The notes: generated by a model not told the origin, from the letters alone. 63,142 nucleotides of DNA, filler included, from Olpidium bornovanus S191 (GCA_017911155.1; 32 parts of 32 records of this genome joined end to end with filler, not necessarily neighbours in it); one strand, 5' to 3'. Positions 22,617 through 34,840 are shown, counted from the whole stretch's first letter. Program-made: numbers and translations.

Positions 22617-24159
22617 ATGCCGTCGTTGCCGTCGGCCACGCTCTTCGTCGAGACGCAGCAGGTCGCCCAGGTGAGGATAAAAACAAATAGCAACGGAAAC
22701 ATGGAAACAACAGACCGGCCGCCGGCGGGCGCAGTCCGGGAAGGGTGGCGGGCGCGGTCGCGTTTGGGGCGGTGTGGGAAAAGGGAGCCGCGACGCCGAA
22801 CGGAGGAAGCGCAAGAGAAAACGCTCGCGCACTTGACCTCTCGTCGTTTGCGCGCAAAACTGCGTCTGACCCCATGCGCCTTGTCTGCTGCAGTCCGTGG
22901 AATTTGCCTCGTACATTTCCAAATGCAACGGAGAAACGGAAGAGAGCCACCCGTTTCTGGACGAGGCGCAGAAGCTCGTGGATGCGAACAACCCCGGAGG
23001 GCTTTACAACCTGCTCGTGCGAGAGAGCGGCGTGTTGTTTTCTGCGCCGGAGAAAGGTGCGCTCCTGCAACGCAGGGCAACCTATGGCGGACGAGGTTCG
23101 CTGGAAACCGGCACAAACCGGGGCTCGCGGGCGCCGAGCGCGACTTGACACGTTGCCCAGGGGGGCAGGAGAGGCGGAGGAAGGGGGGTCAGGGGCGCGG
23201 CGGCGTGGGACCGCGCAGGCTGGGCGTTTTGTCAGCAAGCGGGAAAACCCCGCGCTTGCTCCATACGCTGGCCGACCGGTCGAACACGTGAGAGCCGCGC
23301 TTTGCGAGCCTCACCGTTGCGCTGGGCAGCCACGCCCTTCGCGGAACGTCGAGTGCACCTGAAAGTATCGCGCGAAGTGGTGTTATGCGAGCTCGAATTG
23401 GTTGCTGCACCGGTAGCGGATCCGTGCGGAGTAGCAAAGCCTACGCCTGCTTGAATTCCCAGCTCCTCTGACTTCGGGGCCGCCATGCGTGGCTTTTTTT
23501 TTCTTCCTTTTCTTCACTTCGCCCCCGACTAACGACGTAGAATTTGAAGGCGCGTACAATCTCCTGATTGCTCTGCTCCAACACGTGCCGGCAGACGTGC
23601 GGCCAAATCTTGTGAAGCCGGCCATCTCAATCGTCACTGAGAACAATTCAGACAAGGTTGCCTTGAAGCTGAAAGTGTGCGTCGCCGGTCCTTTTTTCGT
23701 CCTTCGTTATGCCGATTCCGCAAACGTGCTGATGTCCGGAGATCTGTCCCTTAGACTTTCGAACCTTTACAACGTCCTTGCTCCAAACGACCCGCTCCGA
23801 TACGACGTGTACATGGGTATCCTGAGGGTCGCGGACAATGCTGACGAACTGGAGAAGCTGAAACCTCACTTGCCGAACCTCGAGGCGTGGTCGCGCGAGT
23901 GGGGTGTCCCCGCGGATCAGACGCGCAGACTGTTGTTAGACGTCACCGACAGACTGGAGAAGCGGGGCTTCACGTGAGTTCCAGCTTCGGGATCGTCGAA
24001 GCCTGTATCTTCAGCGCGCCCGGGAGTTCTCGGCAGTTTTCATGACAACTGCTGACTGACTGCTCTGCGTCGTATTCCCAACGTTCGACCTTTTTTTCCC
24101 TTATTTTCCTAAACCCGCAGCAAAGACGCCTACAACATCCTTGTGAAACACCTGCGATC
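22617..24159 (+). CDS. EIF3M: Translation initiation factor eIF3 subunit M (PCI protein), 3'-truncated
   Basis: Exons: MPSLPSATLFVETQQVAQ / EFASYISK...LFSAPEK / EFEGAYNLLIALL...KLK / LSNLYNVL..PLRYDVYMGIL..LPNLEAWSREW / KDAYNILVKHL, colinear with fungal eIF3m. Confidence 0.87.
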
Positions 24160-24991
24160 NNNNNNNNNNNNNNNNNNNNNNNNNNNNNNNNNNNNNNNNN
24201 NNNTTAATTAATTAANNNNNNNNNNNNNNNNNNNNNNNNNNNNNNNNNNNNNNNNNNNNCATGCCTAGGTTAGAATTCAGCACGCCCTCGCAGCCCAGGT
24301 TCGAAACTTTTTTGTAGAAATTGCAAAATGCGCCAGGCGGGGCGAAAAAACAACGAGTGCACCCGCCCAAAAACAATGCCCAATAAATTATACCGTCTGC
24401 CCCGGAAACCCCCAAATCAGCACGGCGACACAGAAAAGAGAAAACGCGTCAAAAAATTAAAAAGTAAAGCAACTTGGCCCTGCGGGATGGACGAAGCCTC
24501 GGTTCAGACCAGGCGCAAGAGCCCCATTAGGGCTCGAATCGACGTGCCGTCTGCTCAAACCCGAAGTTGAGTGTTGTCTGCATGTTGTGCGCGGCCGCCT
24601 CCCAATGGCGGAGCGGCGGCAAATCGGGCAACGCGGGGAAACGGCGACGCACCGGAACCGGGCGAAATGCCGTGTCCGCATTTTTTTTTTTTGGTTGGGG
24701 GGGGGGACGGCGGCCGCAGAGAGGCAAGTTGTGTGGAAACCGAGTCCGCGGGCGATGACTTCGGCAACCGCAGCGGCGACGACATGGGCCGCGGCAACCG
24801 AGTGACGGCAGCCGAACGCGTCCTGACTCCTCCTCTTATCTACAGTCCTCGATTGTGCGGTGCGGGGCAACTAATGGGACCGGCCTGCTGGGCGCCAAAC
24901 GTGCCTAGCTAGGACACAGGCAGGTTTAAGAGTTGCAGCGTCTTCGTGCAATCTCCTAAGCTCCTCCGGTCGCCTCGCCCACTTCTCTTGT

Positions 24992-25053
24992 CCCTAACCC
25001 TAACCCTAACCCTAACCCACCGCCACCCACCCCCCCCCCCCCCCCCCCCCCCC

Positions 25054-25089
<36 letters not shown>

Positions 25090-25100
25090 CCCCTCCCCTA
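24992..25100. repeat. (CCCTAA)4.5 telomere-type repeat followed by a ~70-nt poly-C tract
   Basis: CCCTAA x4 + CCC at 24992-25018, then a C-run. Confidence 0.85.
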
Positions 25101-25397
25101 CCCCTACCCCGCCCCGCCCTGCCCAGGCGGCCTACCTATGCGGGCGCGGAGCTCGCCGTAGGCGAGGAGAATTAAATATTACGTGACACGCGTTCCCGTG
25201 AGGAGAAAAACAGGCAAAAACCGTAAAACAAACGCAATAACTTTAATAACATGAAAACGGCTCTCGCTGGCGTCGCAAAACGCCGAAACTCTGCAGGCGT
25301 TCAGCTGTGCCGCTGAGATTACTTCATCTCTCGAAAAATCCTAACCACAGGACGGCCTAACGCAAATTCAGCAAAAAACATGTGCTAAAATTTAAAG

Positions 25398-25468
25398 TGC
25401 ACATGCCGAGAATCGAACTCGGGGCTCCCGCGTGGGAGGCGAGAATTATACCACTAAACCACATGTGC
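25398..25468 (-). tRNA. tRNA-Gly(CCC), 71 nt
   Basis: Acceptor GCACATG/CATGTGC; anticodon arm CTCGC-CT CCC AC-GCGGG; T arm CCGAG-TTCGATT-CTCGG; discriminator A; T6 terminator at 25373-25378. Confidence 0.95.
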
Positions 25469-26669
25469 ATTAGGGTTAACGCTCTTTCCTAGCGCAATGT
25501 TGCATACAAAACCATAATCTTGTACTGTTGACTAAGTGGCCGAGCGCGCGCAAAGTTAGTTTTTGCTGTATTGCGCCTTCCCGTTATCCTTCACGCACTC
25601 TATAATAACCAGGCAAATTGATCCTCTTGACACCGTGATACGTGCGGTGCGCCGCATGAGCGGAAAGGTTCAGGTTGGTGCGGACCGTATCTGTCAGTCG
25701 CGCAGCCGCGCAGTTGCTCCCAACAAGATACACCGCTCTCGGCAGGCAAGGCGACAAAGATTTTTGGGGTGAACNNNNNNNNNNNNNNNNNNNNNNNNNN
25801 NNNNNNNNNNNNNNNNNNTTAATTAATTAANNNNNNNNNNNNNNNNNNNNNNNNNNNNNNNNNNNNNNNNNNNNCATGAACCTCTGCCGTATCACCCCCG
25901 AGGCGCACTGGCACGGCAACCTGCTAAGAAGTTTCTGTGTGTTGCGTGTGAAACGGTCGTCTCAAACAGCAGGCGGGATGTCATTGTGAAATTTCCCCAC
26001 GCCGCGTAAAACTTTCACACCTTAAAAGCCAGTGCGTTGTCGGGTAGTAAAGAGCAGGATAGGAGCCAACAGTGAAAAAAAAAGCTCATTCGTGTGCAAT
26101 GTTCGCGATCAGCAGGAATCAAGGCAAACGGATACATGGTAGAGAAAGGGAGAAAGGGTATTTAGCCAGGTCTCGCAGCTTCACCTCTGCGGCGCCGGCA
26201 AACGACCGCATCAGCTGGCAACCTTGGGCTCAATTGTGCTGTGGCACCGTCCACAGCCCCGACCGCCGCCCAACAAGGAAGACGCCAAGGACGGCGGGCG
26301 GCGGGCGGCGGGCGAGACCCGGCGGCGGGCGGGACCCGGCGACGGGCGGCGAGAGGGACGGCAGGACGGGCACGTGACAGGTAGCCGATCAATAGAATAG
26401 CCCCCCCTCTCATAGCAACGCCACACGCGGGACCCACCGCCAACCACATTCCCCCCCTTGGCAAAAAGAGACTGCCCCCGCGAACAACCGCGCGAACACG
26501 GTACTCCGCGTGGGGACCACGACCGCGCGGGACGGGGACCGCGACCGAGCCCGCGACCGGCGACCGCAAAGACGAAGGGACTCTGCCGTCGCTCTGCCTC
26601 GCCGGTCGACGGGCATAAATAGCGCCCTTCCCGTTCCGTAGCTCCGTCTCTCATCGTTCACCGCTTACC

Positions 26670-26970
26670 GGAAGCACCTCTCGCTTCCCAGACTTGTTAG
26701 CCGCGTCACCTTACCCGTAGCTCTTGCTCGGACCTGACGTCGTAATAGAAGAGATTGGAACTTCGCAAAACTTTGCCGCAGTACATCAATCCTGATGTTC
26801 TTGATGCCTTGGTGAGGAGCGCGTCTGAACTGTTAAAAATGAATGGAATTGGAATGACGCAAGAAAACGCCGTGAAGTCAGTCAAATCTTAGTCCCTGGG
26901 ATTTTCGGTGATGAATACGTCACCCAGATTTTCTTTTGATGGAATGCGAAATTTGCTTGATCTTGCTGGC
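26670..26970 (-). CDS. Internal exons of an unidentified multi-exon gene
   Basis: Acceptors (ccgccag, tttttaacag) and donors (GTGACG, GTAAGG, GTAAGC) bound open exons. Two reading frames are both consistent, so the product is unresolved. Confidence 0.35.
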
Positions 26971-27314
26971 GGTGTGTGTGTTTGGGGGGGGGGGGGGGGG
27001 GGGGGGGGGGAGAGAGAGGGGGGGGGGGGGGGGAAAAAGGGGGGGGGGGGAGGGGAAAAAAGGGGGGGGGGGGGGGGGGGGCGGCCCTGAGCGGGCAGAC
27101 GGGAAATTTTTTTTTCTTGTTTTTCTTCTCCCTCGGTGAGAACAAGACAATCCTCTGCTTTCGTACCGAGAAGGCAGGGGATGCGACGCGCAGGCGGCAT
27201 ATATATCATATACATCATAGACCGCCCGGAAAGGAGGGAGGCTTCCGCTCCGCCCGATCCGCAGACCACAAACGACAAATCACCTCCTGTTCACCTCGGA
27301 TACCAAAAAAAATA

Positions 27315-27521
27315 ATGCCAAGACGCAGCAGCCCCTGCAGAAATCCCGCGTGCAGAGACGATACTCCCGACGGTTCCGACATGTGCGCGGGCTGCCAAAA
27401 CCTTCTCGTCACGGATTGCTTCGAACTCGATACCGAAAAGGCGCGGGAGACTCTGGCCACGCTGATCCGAGGCGGGTTCACCACGCCGAGCCGCGCCCTG
27501 AATATGGTCGCGCCCCGCATG
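27315..27521 (+). CDS. Hypothetical ORF start with Cys pairs (C.x4.C...CxxC), truncated by the contig end
   Basis: MPRRSSPCRNPACRDDTPDGSDMCAGCQNLLVTDCFELDTEKARETLATLIRGG; ATG after an A-rich leader. Confidence 0.35.
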
Positions 27522-27621
27522 NNNNNNNNNNNNNNNNNNNNNNNNNNNNNNNNNNNNNNNNNNNNTTAATTAATTAANNNNNNNNNNNNNNNNNNNNNNN
27601 NNNNNNNNNNNNNNNNNNNNN

Positions 27622-28898
27622 CATGTCGATCGACACGAGGCTGGAATGGTCGCTCTGCGTGGCAAAGAACGCGAGGAGAGACGCCGCGCGCGGTCGTCAA
27701 CTAGCACCGCGGAATCGGAGCGGCGGCCGCGCCGAGCAGGCCGGACGGGCGAACCAATTAAATACCTGGACTATCATCTTAGCGGCCGTCGTGTACTGGT
27801 TGCCCGGCCCGAAGATCTTGTCTACCTTTGTCACCGTCTCCGTCCCATACGCCATGGCCGCGACGGCTTGGGCGCCGCCCGCAAGGACGATGGCTGAGGC
27901 CCCGACTTTTGCGGCGATGTACACGACCTCCGGAACGGGCGTGCCGTCGCTGCGCGGGGGCGAAGCGAAGACTATGTTGCCGCAGCCCGCGACCATGGCC
28001 GGAACGCCCAGCATCAGCGCCGTAGACGGAAGAACCGCCGTCCCGCCGGGCACGTACAGCCCCACGCGGGCGATGGGACGTGAAAAACGGCTGCACACGA
28101 CGCCCGGCTGCGTCTCCACAGAGAGAGGCCCGTCGGCGTCCAGCTGGGCTTGGTGGAACCTGCGCACATTTTCGAACGCCATGTCGATGGAGCTCTTCAC
28201 GTTCGGGTCCAGGTCCGGCACCGCGAACGGCGCGAGCACGACCGGGGACGTCAGGACCGCGCGGTCGAACTTCGCGGCGAGATCGACGAGCGCCCTGTCG
28301 CCGCGGTGCTGGACGTCCCGCATTATGGGTTTCACCGCCGCCATAATCTCGTCCACCTGCTGTATCGGACGTCTAAGCAGCGCAGCGCGCTTCTCCTCCG
28401 TGAGTTCTTTGAAGGTGACGGACCGCATCGCGATCCGACCCGGTCGCTCGCGGGCCGCCGCTTCTGCGATTGCGCGGGGAACGGCTGCGGGCAGCGCGGC
28501 GGCTTCTTTTTCGTCGACGTTCGCTCCGTTCGCTTCCTTGACAGCCAAGGCTTCGATCCACTTGGTTTTCGCGGCACCCTGCCGGCGGGACATCTTTTTC
28601 GCGCGAACGTCGAGTTCCCGCTCAACGTCAGCGAGCGAAACTCCCGCGTCGACGCAGCGGACCAGGGTGAAGTACAGCAGGTCGGCGGCTTCGAGAGCGA
28701 CGTGCTGGCTGTCGCGCGCTTCGCACAGCTCGAACGCCTCTTCCATTATCTTCGCGCTCAGAAACTTGCCGTCATCAAACAAGCGCTTGGTGTAGGAACC
28801 GTCCGGCGCCGACAATTTTCGCTGGCGCAGCGTCTTCTCCAGGGCACGCAATCCTTTGTCCGGTCCAAAGCAGGTGTGCAAGTTTAGGTGGCAGAATC
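27622..28898 (-). CDS. HIS4: Trifunctional histidine biosynthesis protein (cyclohydrolase / PRA-PH / histidinol dehydrogenase), internal fragment
   Basis: Exon 28898-27766: GFCHL..CFG, GSYTKRLFDD..AKIMEEAFELCEA, EAADLLYF, GLYVPGGTAVLPSTALMLGVPAMVAGC, GGAQAVAAMAYGTE..KVDKIFGPGNQY. Next exon 27654-27622 ..VSIDM. The fused architecture is the fungal type. Confidence 0.97.
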
Positions 28899-28992
28899 CT
28901 GTCCAGCGAATCGAACGAAAACGTAAGGGTTTTCTCGGCACGTTTTCAATCCGGGCATCAAACGACTCTTGCCGACATGGCAACCTCACTCG

Positions 28993-29038
<46 letters not shown>

Positions 29039-29402
29039 CCCCCCCCCGCGCAGCACGATCGGTCCCTCCTCGCCGCCATCCTTCCCACCTCCCCTCACCA
29101 CGCAAATCTCTGCTGCTTGTCGACTGACACGGTGAGTAGTTCCTTGGTCAGGTTCCGGCNNNNNNNNNNNNNNNNNNNNNNNNNNNNNNNNNNNNNNNNN
29201 NNNTTAATTAATTAANNNNNNNNNNNNNNNNNNNNNNNNNNNNNNNNNNNNNNNNNNNNCCCGCTCGAGCAGTAGAATTAGTATCGTACCTCGGCTACCG
29301 TCTAAATTCGCCAAGAAGAGTTGCCCTGGTGCGTCCTAGCGTCTATGTGGGCAGGATAGTCCGACCGGTCAAAACGCATGAAAAATACAACAGCTGATTT
29401 AC

Positions 29403-30653
29403 TCATGTCGACTTTCGCTTCCAGACCCACAGCCCTACGCAGATTGCGACGGCGAGGGCGGACACGCCCAGCCAGACCGACGGAGAGACTGACGCTCCCG
29501 GCTGCTTCCGCCCCTCTCGTGCGGTCCGTTTCCCCGCCGCCGCTTCCTTCTTCTTCTTCTTCTTCTTCTTCAGCCTCCTCTTGTTGATCTCGCCCGCAGC
29601 CGCTACATCCCTCTTGCGTTTGGCCGCCTCCCAGACGTCCCCCACTATGGCCTCGAAGCCGGGCGGGATCTTCAGCGTGTGGTCCAACTCAAGCGCCTTG
29701 CGGAACCATTCCTTGGCCGTTTCGATATCCCCGGCGCCGGCGGCCGGCGGGGGTTCGACTCCGCCTTCGCCTCCCGCCCCGACAGCCCCTGTCACGGCCA
29801 GCACGCCCAAGTTCCAGCACGAGAGGGGATGCCCGCCCGCAGCGCTGAGGATCCAGAAGTCGCGTGCTTCTCGGGGATCACCTTCGTTCGGCAGACCGTT
29901 CCCGCCGCGCAGAGCGACCAGGCCGGCCTGGAACGCCGCGGAGGTGTAATACCGTGCGTCGGGGCCGCCCGCAGAGACGGCGCGACGAAAGTAGGCCAGT
30001 GCCGCCGCGTTTACGATTTCCGGCGGGGCTTTTTCAGCCCCGGCCACTTCCGAGGGAGAAGCAGGCGGCGTGGCGGCGTGCTCGCCCGCGCCTTCCGTTG
30101 CCGGGGCGGGGGCCAGCAGGGCGGTGGCGACGACGTAGCAGGCCTCCGGATCCCCGGTGTCGGCCGCCCTCTTGTGCCACAGGAACGCCTTCCTCGCGTC
30201 CCGCTCCACGGGCACCCGCATCTTGCGGCCGTCCTCGTCGTCTCCGCCAAGCTCGTAGAAAGCGGCGGCGCGGAGCATGGCCGGCACGTGGCCGCCCGCC
30301 GCGGAGCGCAGGACGTGGCGCATGGCAATGTCCGGGCTTGTGGACTCGTGCAGCTTGGCGAGCTCGAACTCGCTGGTCGGGTCCAAGTCAGGGTCGCCGC
30401 CGCAGTCGTCGCCATCGTCATCTATGGGCGGACGCGGAGTCGCCGCCGAGGCGGACGTCTCAATGCGCTCAACGGCCGCGTCCCGCCTGGCGACTCCCCG
30501 CTCCCCGTCAAGTCCCGCGCGGACAAGCAGCGGCCACTGCACGTGGACCGACGCCTTCTCGAGGTGCACGGTGAAAAGCCGCTTTGAGGGAGTCTTGTGC
30601 GGCTCGATCTGCCAGAGGGACTCAAAAGGATTTATCGGTGCGAAGAGAATTCC
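29403..30653 (-). CDS. Sel1-repeat protein with an N-terminal CS/HSP20-like segment and a C-terminal tail anchor; last exon
   Basis: LFAPINPFESLWQIE..TVHLEKA..QWPLLV; Sel1 units (KAFLWHKRAADTGDPEACY, EARDFWILSAAGGHPLSCWNLG, AKEWFRKA); poly-K; TM VWLGVSALAVAICVGLWVW followed by KRKST*. Confidence 0.83.
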   Translation of the reverse strand, partial: GILFAPINPFESLWQIEPHKTPSKRLFTVHLEKASVHVQWPLLVRAGLDGERGVARRDAAVERIETSASAATPRPPIDDDGDDCGGDPDLDPTSEFELAKLHESTSPDIAMRHVLRSAAGGHVPAMLRAAAFYELGGDDEDGRKMRVPVERDARKAFLWHKRAADTGDPEACYVVATALLAPAPATEGAGEHAATPPASPSEVAGAEKAPPEIVNAAALAYFRRAVSAGGPDARYYTSAAFQAGLVALRGGNGLPNEGDPREARDFWILSAAGGHPLSCWNLGVLAVTGAVGAGGEGGVEPPPAAGAGDIETAKEWFRKALELDHTLKIPPGFEAIVGDVWEAAKRKRDVAAAGEINKRRLKKKKKKKKEAAAGKRTAREGRKQPGASVSPSVWLGVSALAVAICVGLWVWKRKST

Positions 30654-30983
30654 CTGGGCGAAGAAAGAAAAAAAAAGGCAGGGTGGCGGACGGGGAATCA
30701 GGGACCGCGGCGACGGCAGACCTCTCGTTCTCAATCTCGCAAACAGCCCTGCCGCCCGCGCTCCCGAACCGCCAGCGCGGGCCCCGGGCCCCCCCCCCGG
30801 GTTTGCCCCCCCCGCCCCCCCCCCCCCCCCCCCCCCCCCCCGGCCCCCTTCAACCAGAACGCCCCCCTTCAATCCGAACGCCCNNNNNNNNNNNNNNNNN
30901 NNNNNNNNNNNNNNNNNNNNNNNNNNNTTAATTAATTAANNNNNNNNNNNNNNNNNNNNNNNNNNNNNNNNNNNNNNNNNNNN

Positions 30984-31617
30984 CCCGCAGCCGCGAGCCT
31001 CTCCCGGCTCGGAATAAGGTATCCGTTTTTCCCTTGCCAGCGCTTACTACCCCTCCCGCTCTCTCTCCCCCTTGTTGCGTCGTTCTCCGTTTACGATAGT
31101 GCGCGGCTACGGAACATCGAGAAGACCGAGAGGGCGAAGCGGCAGATGCTCGAGGCGAAAGCGCGCCGCCGGGCTTCCAACGAATTCGGAGGATCGAGTC
31201 ACATGGCTACGGAACGATGTGCGTTTGCTTTTGCTTTTGCTTTTTATTCTTCTTTGTTAGCGCGCGTGCGTTATCGCCCACCTTTTCTAAATGGGGGAAA
31301 GGGAGGGAGTTTTAATTTATCTTGTTCTAATTTTGTGTCCCCGTTCCGGAACCACTCTTTTTCCCTCCCGTTGACCCGCTCCGCTCGCTTTGTTTTTCGC
31401 CTTTCTCCGCGTGCGAAATCCGCCCCGATTTTCAGTCTGGCGCGGCGGCCGGCGGATTCCTGGCAACCACGACAGGCCACCGCAGCGCGGCGGCGCCGGC
31501 AACGCCGGCGGCCGCGGGGGCCACGCGGGCGGCGCGGCCAGGCGGCGAGGCGTCGAGCAGCGCGCGACGGACGACCTGGTCGTGGAGCGGTTCAAGAAAA
31601 AGATGCGCAAGTTCTGA
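30984..31617 (+). CDS. C9orf78/Tls1-family splicing factor, 3' part
   Basis: Exons ..LGI|SARLRNIEKTERAKRQML.. (31100-31218) and 31436-31617 ending ATDDLVVERFKKKMRKF*. Matches the C9orf78 motifs DLGIDAKIKNI and ATDDYHYEKFKK. Confidence 0.8.
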
Positions 31618-32563
31618 AAACGGGTGGGAAGGGGAAGCTTTCCTGTTTTTTTTTTTTTTTTTTTTTGCTTCACCTTCCGAGGGAAGTCACTTCCCGGGGG
31701 GCGGCCCCCCTTCTTGCAAATTATTTTTCTTTTTCCCCATAGCCCACATACCTGCTACTCTGTCCCCTTCGGGATAATACTTACTTCTCAGGCCTCCGCA
31801 AGCCGGGGGAAAGAAAACATTCCAGATGTGACCTCCCGTGCGCCTACCAAGAAAACGAAAATCCCACTTAGAGTTAGGCGGAGCGAACGGAGCCTTTTTT
31901 CTTACCCTTTTTATTTTTCTTTTTTTTATTTCCTCCCTCGACTTTTGCGGAGTGCCAAACAGATCAGGGCCGTTTAGATGACGTGGTGTGTGCCGTGCAC
32001 GTTAATGTGCCGTTTTTGAAATATGCTACGAAAGCGCGTCCCGGCGGCGCTGGACCGGGAACGGTCGGGAAGCGCCGCCGCCCACTTCCTCCCCTTCCCC
32101 GCTGGCCTGGCGCCAGTTTGTCTCCTCTCCCTCTCCGCGAACGGGAAGAAACGAAGGGATGCGCGCCCTTCTCGGGCGTGGTGGAGGGAAAGGGGGGGGG
32201 GGGGAGGGGGGGGGGGGGGGGGGGTCTTGTAACCCCCCCCCCCCCCCCCCTTTCCCCCAATGCTGTCGGCGTCTTTTCGTTCCGGAAATGAAGCGCACCG
32301 CCGCCGGTTTTTTTTTTTTTTTTTTGTCCGGCGCGCTTTCGTAAACGACCTGCTCTCTGGTTCAAGAACCGCGCGTCNNNNNNNNNNNNNNNNNNNNNNN
32401 NNNNNNNNNNNNNNNNNNNNNTTAATTAATTAANNNNNNNNNNNNNNNNNNNNNNNNNNNNNNNNNNNNNNNNNNNNAAGTCCCGGATATGTACTTTACC
32501 TTTTTTTGTTTTTTTGTTTTTTTGGTTTTTTTTTTTTGTTTTCCTTCTTCTCCTTTGGATCCC

Positions 32564-32621
<58 letters not shown>

Positions 32622-32641
32622 CTTTTTTTCTTTTGGGTCCC

Positions 32642-32689
<48 letters not shown>

Positions 32690-34222
32690 CCCGCTCCGTT
32701 GAGAAGCGACCGTCAAGGATACCCTCCCCCCGGGCGCCCCGACTCTTGAATCTCACCCCGCTTACCCGACAACGCCGCCGCCGCCATTCCCTCTCTCTTT
32801 TCTCCCCTTTACACCCCACTCTCAACAAAAAACAAAAAAAATTCATGGCCTTCCACTTCACATTTCCCGTATATCGCCCTCACCACCCTTCTTCTCCCCC
32901 CCCCCTTCCCCGCGTCCCGTGGACGGCCAAAAAGATAACCCGATGTGCCAACGTATTTCCCGGTACCTTCTCCATCTTCCTTTACTTTTTTTTGGGAATC
33001 TATTCCTGAAAATTCAAATAGAAACGTCGCGGAATTGGTTTTGTCCCGCGGCCGGAAAAAAAAAACCGACGAAAAGCGACCTTCCCGCAAAAACAAGTGC
33101 GGGAGAAGAAGCGGCGGACCTCCCTGCACAGCTCATCACGTGGGTTATTTGCGGCTGGGGGAAGTGGGGAAATTTGCCCTCATTGCACTCGACTAGCACA
33201 AGAAACACAAGGAAAAAAAAGGCAAAAAGGACGACTCTTTTCCGTGAAGGTGCATACAGAATAAGACAGCCTTACGCTGTTCGTAACGTCCTATTTCTAT
33301 CTAATAATAATCCGCGGAAGTGGGGGGGAAGGGGAAAGAAGAAGGGAAGGAGGTGGGAGCGTGGCCCCCTTGCAAAGCCTGTCATTGTTTGAGGGAAAAA
33401 CTATGGGAATCTCGAATGAGATCGGCCGGGGAGCGTCGGGACTGCCGTCGGAAAGGAAATTTTCAGGGCGGCCCGATGGTACTTTTTTTTTTCCTTTTAT
33501 TTGACGTGAGGATGCGAATACATAAATCTTCCATAGTAAGGAAGAGAAGTAGATGTGGGAGGGAAGTTAAGGGTGTGGGGGGAGAGTGGTGGGGGGGGGG
33601 AAGAGGAAGGGGGGCGCCATTCTCTTTTTTATATCGAAGGCGATACAGTCAATATCGGAAGGGCTGAGTCCTCGGCTTTTCCGTCACGGCGAACCGCGGC
33701 CCTGGAATCCCTTTCTTTGATGTGCGCTTGAACCATCCCGCGGCTCAACAGTACCCTTGGCGCGTTGTCATTTGCCTGCTGGGTATTTGGTTTTTTTTAT
33801 TTTTTTCCCGAAAGGCCAAAAAAAACAAGCGTCGCGTCAAAATCGCGGTCAGCACGGTTTGCGGCTGAAAAAAACACAATTTCGGCCTTCTACGACAGAC
33901 GGAAGAGTGCAAAAAAACAACAAATGATCGTACGTGAGTTTTCGCAACAGGCGGCAGCGGGAAACCGGAGTCAACCGGATGCGATTCCCATTTGTGACAA
34001 TTGCCCAGCGAGTCTTGGCTCCTCGTGGTTTCCTTCCGCGACCGGCACGGACGTGAACAGGCGTTCGGGTTTAAAGGATACGGGGCTTCCAGCTTCAGAG
34101 TGTGGGTGTGGTGGTGAGGGACGCTGTGCTTGTCGACCGAAAAGAACGGCAGGTGCTCCGCTGGCTACCAAAGTGTTAAAGGAAACTAAGATAGGGTGCA
34201 CGGACAGAGCGGGGGCTTCTCA

Positions 34223-34557
34223 TCACTGTGAATTCTTTTTTTCAGTTGTCCCTACCACTTTGCCTTTGGGCGGATGAATGGACCACTTGAACATTTGCGC
34301 AAATGCCGCCTCGGACTTTGCCTTGTTAGCCTTGACCAACGAAGGTGGCTCCTTGAGTGCGCCTTCGTCTGTCGCTGTGGTTTCTGCGGTACGCTTGCCT
34401 AACCCCCGTTCGGCGTCCTTCTTCTTGTCCCATTCCTCGATGGCCAACCGTGCGTCTCTCGTGGCGTTATACCGTTTGAACACCTTCAGACGTTCCACGG
34501 GATCTTGCGGAAAATCAAAGTGAATCTTGGCGCAAAACGTCCCGAAGAAATAAGTGG
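34223..34557 (-). CDS. Exon of an unidentified protein
   Basis: After the cgggcag acceptor: ATYFFGTFCAKIHFDFPQDPVERLKVFKRYNATRDARLAIEEWDKKKDAERG... Natural-looking composition; family not recognised. Confidence 0.5.
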
Positions 34558-34704
34558 CTGCCCGAGGCGAGCCTCTAAATACCGGGCCCTGCGCACCTCT
34601 CATGNNNNNNNNNNNNNNNNNNNNNNNNNNNNNNNNNNNNNNNNNNNNTTAATTAATTAANNNNNNNNNNNNNNNNNNNNNNNNNNNNNNNNNNNNNNNN
34701 NNNN

Positions 34705-34840
34705 GAAACCATCACCAAGGCACGCTTGTGGGCCCCCACGGAAACCTGCGAAGCTTGCGAGTTAGGGAAGCAGACACGGAAGCCACATCCGTCAACCGTC
34801 AATGATCAAGAAGATACAATCCATGTGAAATCCGGTGCGA
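34705..34840 (+). mobile_element. Ty1/copia GAG-pre-integrase zinc-finger relic
   Basis: CEACELGKQTRKPHP...TIH matches the copia C..C..GKQ.R.PF...IH motif. Confidence 0.7.

Noticed and set aside
23290-23480. Possible intronic snoRNA in eIF3m intron 2 (hairpin near 23400-23436, AAAGTA H-box-like)
   Set aside because: No ACA box and no properly placed C/D box pair; the hairpin is modest for GC-rich DNA.
26694-26715. Possible 22-nt ultra-short intron (GTAAGG...CTAACAAG) on the minus strand
   Set aside because: An alternative upstream donor gives a 41-nt intron and the reading frame is unresolved; cannot be supported without transcripts.
29748-29766. T-arm-like GGTTCGACTCC
   Set aside because: No acceptor or anticodon stems; it is the antisense of Sel1-protein codons (VEPPP).
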